Positions 12,961-25,294 of a DNA stretch of 64,000 bases are shown piece after piece (position 1 is the stretch's first letter; the number at the start of each line of letters is the position of its first letter). The stretch covers positions 48,422,001 through 48,486,000 of the forward strand of contig OZ024751.1 in assembly GCA_964016885.1 (NCBI GenBank), written 5' to 3'. The stretch comes from Eledone cirrhosa. Taxonomy: Eukaryota. The position numbers were made by a program, and so were the translations under genes. The notes under the pieces were generated by a model. That model was not told the origin of the DNA, searched no databases, and saw only the letters and a list, made by a program, of their open reading frames with translations.

Positions 12961-13350
12961 CCTGCCAAATGGACTTAAACTGTATTTCAAAAGACCACCC
13001 ATATTACATGCCCTGTCACTCGTGTTACATGATCTGTCATCCCTGTCACATGCTCTGACAAGCTGAATTTCCCTGAAAATTACTTTAATAATGGTTGATA
13101 TGTCTGTGGAATGATCTAATATGTTCCACCGAATCACACATCGCCGAAAGCAATGGAGGTCCATTATCATGATGGTATCGAAGAACAAGGGTGTGATCTG
13201 AAGTAGATTAGGTTAATATTTCTAGCAGATCAAGAAGGCTATACTGGTGGAAGTCTAACTTCTGGTAAGTAAAACTATGCCAGACAGTTCGACAGGTAGG
13301 CGTCACATTAAATCTTAATCATGAAAGGAGTAAATCTCAATGAGAAAAAA

Positions 13351-13778
13351 ATCCCACCATGCGGTGGCAGTGTGGTGGACGTGTGACAGCAGTTGAAGAA
13401 CTTGAGTTAGGGGCAACAGTGATCCCACCATGGGTTGGCAGTATGGTGGACGTGTGACGTCAGTTGAAGAACTAGAGTTAAGGGCAACAGTGATCCCACC
13501 ATGGGTTGGCAGTGTGGTGGACGTGTGACAGCAGTAAAGGAACTAGTTACGTCAGCAGTGATCCCATCGTGAGTGGGCAGTGTGGTGGACGTGTGACGTC
13601 AGTTGAAGAACTAGAGTTAAGGGCAACAGTGATCCCACCATGGGTTGGCAGTGTGGTGGACGTGTGACAGCAGTAAAGGAACTAGTTAAGTCAGCAGTGA
13701 TCCCATCGTGAGTGGGCAGTGTGGTGGACGTGTGACGTCAGTTGAAGAACTAGAGTTAGGGACAACAGTGACTCCACG
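13351..13778. repeat. Minisatellite, about 6 units of 67-72 bp
   Basis: Unit gatcccaccatgggttggcagtgtggtggacgtgtgac...; two unit types alternate. Confidence 0.9.
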
Positions 13779-13976
13779 AGGGAAACCACGCATCTCGTAT
13801 GCTGGACAAGGTCTTTTAACCATTAAATATATATATGTTTTTATAGATGTAACATCTCGTCTTTCTTCTTTATTTTAATGGAATTGCATTGCATGCCATG
13901 ACTTAATATCGATATAATATTAATTTGACGATTATTTCTATAAACACAAGTTTATGATATATATATAAATATATAA

Positions 13977-14023
<47 letters not shown>

Positions 14024-14113
14024 ATATATATATCGGAGTAAATAAGGTGTCTTTTTATCTCGTTTGCTTTTCCCACTTATGAATTTGTAAATATAAATAT
14101 ATATATATATATA

Positions 14114-14302
14114 TAGGAACGAGTAGGAACAGACGGTTGAGCTCAAGCCGTTTCGACGGGTAATTCTGGCAGAATTAGCCGTCGAAACGGCTTGAGCTCA
14201 GCCGTCGGGGTCCTACTCGTTCCTATTACCCACTCTACTACCCTAAGTATTGAGTACTTTGGTGCGTTATGGTCCATCTGGTTCCTTACCACATTTCCTT
14301 CG

Positions 14303-14304
<2 letters not shown>
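14114..14304 (+). mobile_element. Fold-back mini-element, same family as 11419
   Basis: Palindrome 14114-14225 plus tail ttacccactctactaccctaagtattgagtact...; in (TA)n. Confidence 0.8.
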
Positions 14305-14353
<49 letters not shown>

Positions 14354-14438
14354 CATACATATATATATATATGTATATATATATGTATATATCACTGTTT
14401 ATAGTCCGCTTTACTTGCTATGAAGGGCTATATATATT

Positions 14439-14514
<76 letters not shown>

Positions 14515-14932
14515 TACATTCACACATATACAAAAACATTATATATATATATTTATTGATAAAGTACAATTCGACAAATCAATTTAAAAGGGAATCTTCT
14601 ATAACACATTGGACATTTGTGTCTCACACAGTATATCTCTATCATGATGTTAATAATACATAAAATCAATAGCAACATATATACAATTGCTAAAATAAAT
14701 ATTTAGCTATAATAGTAGATTTATAGGTGGTTATCGAAGTATCTACGTCAGTGCCTGTGTATATATAACTATGTATGAGTGGAGGATATACTTATGTATT
14801 TATGCATGGGCATGTATATGTAAGTAGGTATACTTATCAGTATATAACTATATACACAGACACACACATATATAAATATGTATGTATGTATATATGTATA
14901 TATATACATACATAAATGTGTATGTATGTATG

Positions 14933-14964
<32 letters not shown>

Positions 14965-15008
14965 TATATGTGTATATATATATATATATCCATATATATA
15001 TGTGTATA

Positions 15009-15183
<175 letters not shown>

Positions 15184-15184
15184 G

Positions 15185-15217
<33 letters not shown>

Positions 15218-15228
15218 ATATATATATA

Positions 15229-15324
15229 CAGTGTGTCCCCAAAAGTATATACACACTGATTACCTGTACTGGCAATATCTATTAGAATGCATTTGATGTA
15301 TGTATACATTTTTTGGGTCTCGCC

Positions 15325-15325
<1 letters not shown>
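15229..15325. mobile_element. Small Tc1/mariner-like MITE
   Basis: Imperfect TIRs cagtgtgtccccaaaagtatataca / tgtatacattttttgggtctcgccg, TA on both sides. Confidence 0.5.
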
Positions 15326-15392
<67 letters not shown>

Positions 15393-15703
15393 ATATACGT
15401 ATATATATGAATATATGTATATATATATATATATATACATATATACATACATACATATAGGTATGTTTACATTAACATATATATGTATGTATGTATATAT
15501 TTGTGTGTGTTTATGTTTATGTAGAGAATATATATTTTAAAATGTAAATTTAATTGAAAACATTTTATATACATTGCCTTGTAATTGATACTTATGGAAG
15601 TTTATTTTATTGGTCAATTCCAGTTAATGTCTTGGAGAAGACATTAACATACATATACATATATACATATATACACATATACATACATACATACATACAT
15701 ACA

Positions 15704-15735
<32 letters not shown>

Positions 15736-17458
15736 CATACTCATCTACACTTATGAGAATGTATTGTTCAATACATTGAATGTTAATGTATGTGTGTGTA
15801 TATATACATATATATACATATATATATACTCACATATATATACACAGAATTATATACATAGATATGCACACACATATACATATATACATTTATATCCATA
15901 TATTTACATTAAAAATTTTATGATGTAGTTTCTATGAAATTTATTTGATTTGAGGTGTATCTATATATAATAGAGAAAGAGCGAGAGAAAGAAGGAAGTG
16001 AACCTATATATCCAAGCTATCTCGGCCTATACAAAATACGAAGACACACACACATACACATCCATACACACACGCACACACACATACACACACTCTCTCT
16101 CACACACATATACTGTAAATATCATTATTGAATAATGATAATAATAATGATAATTACAATAAAAGTAATTGGTAATGAAAATAATAACTAATAATAATAG
16201 TTATTATTATTCTAAAATATAGATTACTTATCAGTTGAAGTAATAATCCCATCAGAATATAATATATTTTTCAAAGATAGTGGAAATGATCCAATTATAC
16301 AGATCTGGAAATGAGAATACAAATAATCTCCTTAATTATACGTCTTTTTTGGAATTGTTAAAGGGATATAAACAAGTAGACAAATACATAACTGAAACTA
16401 GGGCTTAATTCTTCCGCTACCAAAACACCTGACACCACCTCATGACACAACACTATAAACAATTGCTTTGGACGTTTATGTCCAATTCTGTGATGGTCAC
16501 ATTTTTTTCTCATCCTTCCAGGGTCGATAAAATAAAGTACCAACCAAGAATTGAGGTCGACTAAACTAAATCCCGAAACAAATTAGGGTTTTGTGCTGAT
16601 AAAAGAAATTATATGGTGATAGAGTGGCAGAGTTTTGCGAGTGTGGAACAAACTACTTGCGATATTTTTTCCGGGTCTTGAATTTCTGAATTCAAATCTT
16701 AACCAAGTCAACTTTGCCTTTGATCAATCCCTACACCATAAAATAAAGATTTAGTAAAGTATTGATTTGATATAATTCACTTACCCCTTATTCCGAATTA
16801 CTGGTTTTGTTAGAAATAATTATTATTAAAGACAGTTGAATCTCGGACTAACATATTCAATACTACAGGGTGGGCCATAATTCAGGCTCACTTGATTATT
16901 TATGGGTCTATTAACACAAACTATTATAAAAGATTTGAATATGTGTAATAAGGCCAAGACAATGCAGGTATGGACATAGAAAAAAGAATGCAATAGTAAA
17001 AGATATTGTTGAGAATTTGTCTTTCACCTTGAATTTATTTAAATGTCCTTAATTTTCGAGATAATATCTCTTCTTCGGAGGGAAGTAAAGGTCTCAAACC
17101 AGCGTCTTAAATCTCTAGCCAAGCCATGCTGACCGGAAATAGTATAGAGTATCTGTTCTAACTCTAATATCAAAGAATTAAAATTAGGTGGATAAAGAGT
17201 AGTCTCCCTTTAAGAGGGGTTTGTTTAGGGTTTTTTTTTAATTTTTTTTTTTTTATTTTATATACGTGCCTGTATATGTGTGTGGGAGAATGCATGAAGG
17301 TGTAGGTATGTGGGTGTGTGTGTGTGAGTGTGGGAAGAAAGGTCTAATCGTAAAAGTGGGGGGTAGGTGTTATCTGGTGTTAGAACTGGTTTTGTGTGTG
17401 TATGTGTGAGAGAGAATAGGTGGAGGTGTAAGCGTGTGTGTGTGCTTCAGGAAGCTTC

Positions 17459-17938
17459 CTGAAGCTCCCACACTTCAGTGAAGAAATAACAACAGCCATC
17501 CGCAGAGCCATCAGACGAGAGGGACTGGATATCCAACCGGCCCACTCGGGTCCTTCTCTGCGCGGACGGATGGCCAAGAGACACTCCACCAGACATGACA
17601 ACTGCTGCAGACTAGCCAACTGCCCCATCAACGACACAGACCTATGCCACCAGGCTTACGTAGTATACAGACTAGAGTGTGACAAATGCAACAACTTCTA
17701 CGTAGGTAGCACCACCAGACCACTCCACATAAGAATAAAAGAACACCTCAATACTAACGCTTCCTCATTTAAGAAACACCTAGTTAAATGCAAAAACACC
17801 GATAAAAACAGAACAGTTAGGATAGAAACTAAGGAAAGAAACCTCGGCAATCTTAGAATTAAGGAAGCACTTATTATAGATAAAACACATCCTCCAATCA
17901 ATAATAGACTAGAGCTCAACACCCAATTTATAACCTGA
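17459..17938 (+). pseudogene. Penelope-like GIY-YIG endonuclease domain (C-terminal remnant of RT-EN ORF)
   Basis: Cys-rich linker then VVYRLECDKCNNFYVGSTTRPLHIRIKEH...KEALII...PPIN; RT domain absent. Confidence 0.9.
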
Positions 17939-18345
17939 TAGGGCCTCTAGCCCCATATTTACACACCCCACACACACTCACGCGCACACACACACGCTTA
18001 CACCTCCACTTATTCTCTCTCACACATACACACACAAAACCAGTTCTAACACCAGATAACACCTACCCCCCACTTTTACGATTAGACCTTTCTTCCCACA
18101 CTCACACACACACACCCACATACCTACACCTTCATGCATTCTCCCACACACATATACAGGCACGTATATAAAATTAACCCCCCCCCCCAACCCCCCCCTA
18201 AACAAACCCCTCTTAAAGGGAGACTACTCTTTATCCACCTAATTTTAATTCTTTGATATTAGAGTTAGAACAGATACTCTATACTATTTCCGGTCAGCAT
18301 GGCTTGGCTAGAGATTTAAGACGCTGGTTTGAGACCTTTACTTCC

Positions 18346-18379
18346 CTCCGAAGAAGAGATATTATCTCGAAAATTAAGG
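18346..18379 (+). ncRNA. Minimal pLTR hammerhead (U4C variant); inverted copy near 17045-17085
   Basis: cct-CCGAAGA-a-gagat(att)atctc-GAA-aatt-A-agg with palindromic stem III. Confidence 0.6.
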
Positions 18380-18620
18380 ACATTTAAATAAATTCAAGGT
18401 GAAAGACAAATTCTCAACAATATCTTTTACTATTGCATTCTTTTTTCTATGTCCATACCTGCATTGTTTTGGCCTTATTACACATATTCAAACGTTTATA
18501 CCTCATTACACAATGCTTCAAGTGAACTATAACCTCCTCCTATTATAAAAGAGTTAAGGAATATATCATATACAGGAATAAATTAAGAAATCTGCTAAGC
18601 ATATTAAGAAATAAAATAAT

Positions 18621-18805
18621 TGTTTCTACTTTAGACACAAGGCCAGCAATTAACCAGTTCATTACTGGTACTTTATTTTATTGACCCCGTAAGGATGAAA
18701 GGCAAAGTCAACCTCGGTGGGATTTGAACTCAGATCGTAAAGGGACGTAACTATGCTGGAAAGCATGGCATCCGACCCTCTACCGATACTGCCAATCCAC
18801 CGCCC
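18621..18805 (-). mobile_element. SINE family A
   Basis: Full length; 17-bp TSD ttaagaaataaaataat (18604-18620, 18806-18822). Confidence 0.9.
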
Positions 18806-19121
18806 TTAAGAAATAAAATAATAAATTAAAACAATACAATAACAATAAAATAAACATGTTAAGAAATATAACTAACAAGCGAATCATGAAGTCTGGGCCA
18901 CGCTGTATATTTAATCTCCGTGCTTTCTAAGTTCAATTGACAACAAGTTCGATTTAGTGTGATTTCTTTCCAATGTTTTTAAACTATTGTCTAGTAATTT
19001 TGTGGGGCGGTGCACAGCGCGATACCAAGATAGCATAACTTTAAAAATCGATAGAATTTGAACCGAGAACGTAAAGGACCAAAACAAATACCGCAAAATA
19101 TTTTGTCTCTCGCCCTTATAA

Positions 19122-19343
19122 TGGTTTCTTATATAGGCACAAGACCAGCAACATTTTATTGGGGGGGGGGGGAGTCGATTAAATAGACCCCAGTGCGTGA
19201 CTGGTACTTTATTTTATCGACCTCGAAAGGATGAAAGGCAAAGTTAACCTCGGCGGGATTTGAATTCAGATCATAAAGGGTAGTAACTCTATGCTGCAAA
19301 GTTTGGTGTCCGTGGCTCTACCATACTGCCAATCCACCGCCCT
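19122..19343 (-). mobile_element. SINE family A, longer 3' variant
   Basis: Core match; TSD tctcgcccttataat on both sides. Confidence 0.85.
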
Positions 19344-19419
19344 TCTCGCCCTTATAATCAAACCAGTACCCCTTACTCTCTCTCTCTCTCTCTCTCACAC
19401 ACACATACCCACGTCACAT

Positions 19420-20175
19420 GAAGATGGTAATGGGAATGATGATGGTGTTGACGATGACGATGGTGATGGCGGTGGCGGCGACGACAGAGGTGGTGACGAC
19501 GATGATGGTGGTGATGACGATGGTGGCGATGACGATGATGATGGTGATGACGATGGCGGCGATGACGATGATGATGGCAGTGGTGGGGGACGACGACAAA
19601 GCTGGTGGCGACGATGACGATGATGATGGTGACGACCACGACGGCGATGACGCTGACGATGATGGCGGCGACGACGAAAATGGTGACGACGACGATGATG
19701 ATGGTGATGACGATGATGGCGGCGGTGGCGGCGACGACTAAAATGGCGACGACGACGATGATGATGGTGATGACGATGATGGCGGCGGTGGCGGCGACGA
19801 CGAAAATGGTGACGACGACGATGATGATGGTGATGACGATGATGGCGGCGGTGGCGGCGACGACTAAAATGGCGACGACGACGATGATGATGGTGATGAC
19901 GATGATGGCGGCGGTGGCGGCGACGACGAAAATGGTGACGACGACGATGATGATGGTGATGACGATGATGGCGGCGGTGGCGGCGACGACGAAAATGGTG
20001 ACGACGACGATGATGATGGTGATGACGATGATGGCGGCGGTGGCGGCGACGACTAAAATGGCGACGACGACGATGATGATGGTGATGACGATGATGGCGG
20101 TGGCGGGGTCGACGACAAAGCTGGTGGCGACGATGACGATGATGGTGCTGGTGATGACGATGATGTTGATGACGA
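19420..20175. repeat. GAT/GAC/GGC low-complexity tract with a 63-bp tandem unit
   Basis: About 7 units in 19670-20100, seen as a 21-aa repeat in the spurious ORF. Confidence 0.9.
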
Positions 20176-20218
20176 TTAGAAAGACAACAATAGTAATAAC
20201 TATGTACTGTTATAATAA

Positions 20219-20404
20219 TTGTTTCTACTTTTGGCCCAAGGCCAGCAATTATCCCATTGTATTACTGGTACTTTATTTTATCGACCCCGTAAGGATGAAA
20301 GGCAAAGTTAACCTCGGCGGGATTTGAACTCAGATCGTAAAGGGACGTAACTACGCTGGAAAGCATGGCGTCCGACCCTCTACCGATACTGCCAATCCAC
20401 CGCC
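20219..20404 (-). mobile_element. SINE family A
   Basis: Full length; TSD ctgttataataa (20207-20218, 20405-20416). Confidence 0.9.
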
Positions 20405-20707
20405 CTGTTATAATAAAAAGCCTGATCGAAATCAAACAAACCAATCAAACGAAAGAAAACCTATATGAAACAGTAAATCCTCCCCCCTCCACCCCCTATA
20501 CCTCCCACCAATAAACAATTGACCTTCTTTCTCTACTTGAAATCAATCAATATTTTAACTTGGCCGCCATCATTCTTTGCTAAGTGGACAAAATATTTCT
20601 CTCACTCGCCCGAACTTCATCTCTCTATCTTTCTACCTCTCTGTCTAACTATTTCTCTCCCTCTTTATCTCTGTCTGTCTCTCTCTCTCTATATATATAT
20701 ATATTTA

Positions 20708-20791
<84 letters not shown>

Positions 20792-20864
20792 CCCCTCTCT
20801 CTCTCTCTGACCCCCTCTCTCTCTCTCTATATATATATATAATTATCTACCTATCTATCTATCT

Positions 20865-20976
20865 TTATTTTTATATATTGTTATTGCCTCCTCCTTATTG
20901 AGGACGCCTTGTTTTGTAAACTCCCCCCATTGTACTTGTTCCACTTTTGATGCCCTGGTGGCAAATAAAAGAAACA
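20865..20976 (+). mobile_element. Short 3'-end copy of the adjacent Tx1-like LINE
   Basis: Closely matches 23988-24098; (TATC)n on both sides. Confidence 0.85.
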
Positions 20977-21062
<86 letters not shown>

Positions 21063-23834
21063 GGCTATTCAGACCACAAATTAGTGACCTGCATGGTCAA
21101 CCTTGACAGAACTCATAGACAGGGCCCCGGTTACTGGAAGCTCAACTTGTCCTTGCCGGCAAGTAGAGCCTACAGGAATCGGATTAGTACGTTAGTTAAG
21201 GAACGGTTGACTGGAGCGATCGTCAACAGCAGGTGGTGGGTATCTCTAAAGAGAGAGATTAGAGTAGTCTCGATAGAATTTAGTAAGGTTCTAGCTGCGG
21301 ATAGGAATAGGAAGGAAAGGGAGCTAATAGATAGAGTAGAAGAGGCAATTAGAAGCGGCGACGTGGCCAGAGTGCTAGCGTCGAGAACGGCTTTGAGCCA
21401 GTTTTTCGACGCGAAGCACGAAGGCTGCGTTGTCCGAAGTAAAATACGTGCTCTAGGGAACGAGGGGACCAAAGCTGTTAGCTGGGCCCGCGTGACAGAG
21501 GCCAACAGTGGAACTAAATCCACCATCCGGTCTTTGCGAGACCTGGATGGACGGGCGATTCTTGAGCCTAAGCAGATGTGTGAGGCCTTTCAAAGGCACT
21601 TTGCCCGACTGTTCGGGAGGGGCGGGGAGCCGGTTGGGAACGTGGACTTCGGTCCATACCTCGACGGCCTGCCGCGCCTCTCGGACAGGGAGGCGAAGTC
21701 CTGCGAAGAGCCGATTTCGGCCGCTGAGATAGAGGACGTGCTGAGCCAATGCGGCAAACGCAAATCCCCGGGTCTCGATGGTCTTCCTTACGAATTATAT
21801 CTAGCTATGCCGGACTTGTTCCCCGATCTCCTCGAGGCGGTCTACTGCAACTGGCAACAGAACGGGAGAATTCCCTGTACTGTGACCAAGGGCGTAGTCA
21901 CGCTAGTGAGGAAGGACGAGAACAAGGGGGACGAAATAAGTAACTTCAGGCCCATAACACTGCTAAATACAGAGTTACAGATTTTGGCCAAGGTGCTAGC
22001 AAAGAGGTTGGCGCTTGTCGTGGGCAACCTGGTGGGAGATGCGCAGACATGCGCTATCCCGTCCAGGTCCATCCATGACAACCTCCACCTCATGCGATAC
22101 ATCATAGAGAGGGTTGGGAACGAACCCGGCTTTGGTGGGGCTCTGATCAACTTGGATCAATCTAAGGCGTTCGATAGGGTCGACCATGGTTACCTGGATG
22201 CGGTGCTAGCGGCGGCAGGCTTCGGACCCGTTTTCAGGGGCTGGATCACTGCTATGCACAGCAGCCGCATCTGCTCTAGGGTCAAGGTGAACGGCTACCT
22301 CTCGGAGCCGTTCAAAATCGCGCGGTCCATCCGACAAGGGTGCCCTCTCTCCTCCCTTCTGTATGTGTTGACTCTCGAGCCACTACTGCGGAAGTTGGAG
22401 TTGTTGCAGGGCATCCCTTTGGAACCGGGATTGCGGAAAGCGGTGTCGGCCTACGCCGATGACGTGACAGTAATGGTGTCGACGGCCTCCGAAATCGAGG
22501 CGGTCGGCACCTTACTGGAGGAGTACGAAAAGTTCACAGGGGCTAAGCTGAACCGGGACAAGTCGATCGGTTTGCAACTCGGCACGTGGAGGGGCAGACC
22601 GATGCCCTCCGATAGCGTCGTCGGACGCTGGACGGAGGGCCCGGTGAAGTTGCTCGGGGTCTGGTTCGGACCGGACCTCCAGGTGGAGAAAAACTGGGCG
22701 GAGGTTACGAACAGGGTGTTTGCACTGACCCAGAAGTGGGCCAGTTGCAAACTATCCCTGAAAGGCCGGGCGGAGGTGGCGAACACCTACATAGCGTCCG
22801 TCATCTACTACCGCCTGACCGTAGTGCCCTGCCCAAGGGAAACCCTCACCAAGATGGAGCGCGCGCTCTTCCAATTCCTTTGGAAGAGGCGGGCTCCTAT
22901 GGTGAGGAGATCCATCTGCTGTCAACACCCTTCGAAAGGAGGGCTGGGGATGCCGTGGCTAATGATGCGTAAACACGCATTAAGGCTACGGCACCTCTAC
23001 GTATTCCTCACCGGACAACCGGTGTGGGCCTCGTTTGTGAGACGAACCTTTCCCAGACTCGTCTCACTCACCGAGCTGCAATCCTGGGTCAAGCAAAGAC
23101 CGAGAAAACTGGGCGCCTGGCACACTGAGTGTGCCCAGGCGCTCACCGCCCTCTGGCAGGCGGATCCGGTTATCAGTGGAGACTCCACCGCAACATTCTA
23201 TAGAGGGCTAGTACGCAGCAGGTGCGACGACGCCCTCGGAGAAGCCCTAGACATGGAGGAGGACGAACTGGCCAGCCTGTTCGGTAGGACATTCAGCCCG
23301 GGACCTATGGACAACTTCCAGAAGTCCCTGGCCTGGCAGTGCTACCGAGGGGCTTTACCCGTTCGAGAAAGGCTCTACAGACACGGGCGCCCGGGTAGGG
23401 ACCCCGCCAAAAAGATCTGTCCCAGATGCGTGTGCGACGAGGAAACCGTTGCACACGCATTAGTACACTGCTCGGGCGTAGCCGATCTGTGGGGCTATGT
23501 CGAACAACTGCTGTCAAGGGTGGGACCGATCCGGTTGACCACCGAGTCTATTGTAATGATCAAGCCGCCTCCCCCCTTCAAAGATGAAGCAGAGGCGGTG
23601 TTTCTGTGCGTAATAGCCATGGCGAAAGAGGTTGTATGGTGGACGCGTCTGAAAGGACTGAGGTCGGGCACCTTTCTCTCTGGCCAACAACTGGTCCGTT
23701 TCTTCCGATATCATTTCGGAAGAAGGATCAGGATGGAGAGAGAGGTGCTGCACCCCAGCCGTTTCTATGAAAGATGGGTGAAAGTGGCGAGAATGGCCCG
23801 TGTGAATGGGCCTTCACTCTACATCAGACTATAG
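21063..23834 (+). CDS. LINE ORF2 remnant: APE C-terminus, reverse transcriptase, zinc knuckle (no native start)
   Basis: SDH and GPGYWKLN; KSPGLDG, FRPITLLN, DQSKAFDRV, RQGCPLS, YADD; CPRC..ETVAHALVHC; no internal stops; the listed ORF start at 20898 is microsatellite read-through. Confidence 0.88.
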   Translation, partial: GYSDHKLVTCMVNLDRTHRQGPGYWKLNLSLPASRAYRNRISTLVKERLTGAIVNSRWWVSLKREIRVVSIEFSKVLAADRNRKERELIDRVEEAIRSGDVARVLASRTALSQFFDAKHEGCVVRSKIRALGNEGTKAVSWARVTEANSGTKSTIRSLRDLDGRAILEPKQMCEAFQRHFARLFGRGGEPVGNVDFGPYLDGLPRLSDREAKSCEEPISAAEIEDVLSQCGKRKSPGLDGLPYELYLAMPDLFPDLLEAVYCNWQQNGRIPCTVTKGVVTLVRKDENKGDEISNFRPITLLNTELQILAKVLAKRLALVVGNLVGDAQTCAIPSRSIHDNLHLMRYIIERVGNEPGFGGALINLDQSKAFDRVDHGYLDAVLAAAGFGPVFRGWITAMHSSRICSRVKVNGYLSEPFKIARSIRQGCPLSSLLYVLTLEPLLRKLELLQGIPLEPGLRKAVSAYADDVTVMVSTASEIEAVGTLLEEYEKFTGAKLNRDKSIGLQLGTWRGRPMPSDSVVGRWTEGPVKLLGVWFGPDLQVEKNWAEVTNRVFALTQKWASCKLSLKGRAEVANTYIASVIYYRLTVVPCPRETLTKMERALFQFLWKRRAPMVRRSICCQHPSKGGLGMPWLMMRKHALRLRHLYVFLTGQPVWASFVRRTFPRLVSLTELQSWVKQRPRKLGAWHTECAQALTALWQADPVISGDSTATFYRGLVRSRCDDALGEALDMEEDELASLFGRTFSPGPMDNFQKSLAWQCYRGALPVRERLYRHGRPGRDPAKKICPRCVCDEETVAHALVHCSGVADLWGYVEQLLSRVGPIRLTTESIVMIKPPPPFKDEAEAVFLCVIAMAKEVVWWTRLKGLRSGTFLSGQQLVRFFRYHFGRRIRMEREVLHPSRFYERWVKVARMARVNGPSLYIRL

Positions 23835-24098
23835 GTGAGGAAGATGAAAGACCAAGGGAGCACCCCTTCTCTGTGCTCCTGAGGAGAAGGGTTGCACACT
23901 TTTTTCGGGGGTGTGTGCGACCCCCCAAGGCGCCTCCTCTCTATTGAGGATTTTGTTAAAAATTTTATTTTTTGTTATATCTTATTTTATTTTTATATTT
24001 TGTTATTGCCTCCTCCTTATTGAGGACGCCTTTTTGTGTAAACTCCCCCCTTTGTACTTGTCCCACTTTTGATGCCCTAGTGGCAAATAAAAGAAATA
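21063..24098 (+). mobile_element. Tx1/L1-clade non-LTR retrotransposon, 5'-truncated, in (TATC)n
   Basis: Open ORF2 remnant, 3' UTR, AATAAA at 24086, flanked by (TATC)n. Confidence 0.92.
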
Positions 24099-24448
24099 TA
24101 TCTATCTATCTACCTATCTATCTATATATCTATCTACCTATCTAACTCTCTCTCCATCTGTTGCCGTCTCAATCTCTCTATCTGTTTTTTCTCACCCTGT
24201 TTCACTCTCTCCCCCAATCACTCTCCACCCCCTTCTCTCTCTATCTATATATGTAGATATAAATATCTCTCCCTGCATCTGTTTCTCTCGGTCTCTTTCT
24301 CTCTGTCATTGACTCTCTTTCTCTCTTTGTCTCTCTATCCGTTTCTCTCACTCTGTCTCTCTCTCTCTCTATCTCTCATTTTGTTTTTAAGTTGACATCT
24401 TTACCGAACTCTTCAAATTAAATAATCACTTGTGTCACACTGCCGAAA

Positions 24449-24449
<1 letters not shown>

Positions 24450-24541
<92 letters not shown>

Positions 24542-24587
24542 CACTACTACCACTACTACTACCACTACCACCACCACCACCACCACC

Positions 24588-24679
<92 letters not shown>

Positions 24680-24700
24680 CACCATCACCACCACCACCAA

Positions 24701-24777
<77 letters not shown>

Positions 24778-24778
24778 A
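24450..24778. repeat. (TAC/CAC)n microsatellite
   Basis: Long trinucleotide run. Confidence 0.95.
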
Positions 24779-24952
24779 CAATTACCATTGTTATCTCAGT
24801 CGAGCACATATTACTTGAATAATCATGTCTATTCTTTTTTGTCAAACACTTTACTTTAATATAGAAATTAAGAAAGACCACTTCGAATAATATATGAGAT
24901 AAAGAAAATGATTGACTTAACAACAACCGACTCTCCCTCTCTCACTCTCTCA

Positions 24953-24992
<40 letters not shown>

Positions 24993-25003
24993 CTCTCTCT
25001 CTC

Positions 25004-25079
<76 letters not shown>

Positions 25080-25294
25080 TAAACAAATAATGAATAAACA
25101 ATTCCTTATATTAAACAAAAAAAGTTCATTATTTAACGATCGTTTCTAGGATATATATGTGTTAGAATTGGTATGCATATTCAACAGATCTATGTACAAA
25201 ATTATACAAAATTATACAAATTATCAAGATTAAATATACATACCAAACACATATATACGCCGTCTTCAGAAATAATGTATATATATATATATAT

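Larger units (their letters stand above)
16934..18539 (+). mobile_element. 5'-truncated Penelope-like element with inverted pseudo-LTR
   Basis: About 510-bp inverted repeats (16934-17445 vs about 17984-18492), GIY-YIG ORF between, 47-nt 3' extension, 13-bp TSD ctattataaaaga (16921-16933, 18540-18552). Confidence 0.9.
16866..18905. mobile_element. Mariner-like MITE interrupted by a Penelope element and a SINE
   Basis: TA-cagggtgggccataattcaggctcactt at left; right end reverse-complements to TA-cagcgtggcccagacttcatgattcgctt. Confidence 0.5.

Noticed and set aside
13351-13778. Possible CRISPR array
   Set aside because: No unique spacers, no cas genes, eukaryotic context
19605-20327. 240-aa Met/Thr-rich repeat ORF
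   Set aside because: Minisatellite translation that runs into an antisense SINE
20898-21062. N-terminal 55 aa of the 978-aa ORF
   Set aside because: Read-through of a 3' UTR fragment and (TATC)n; not part of the LINE protein
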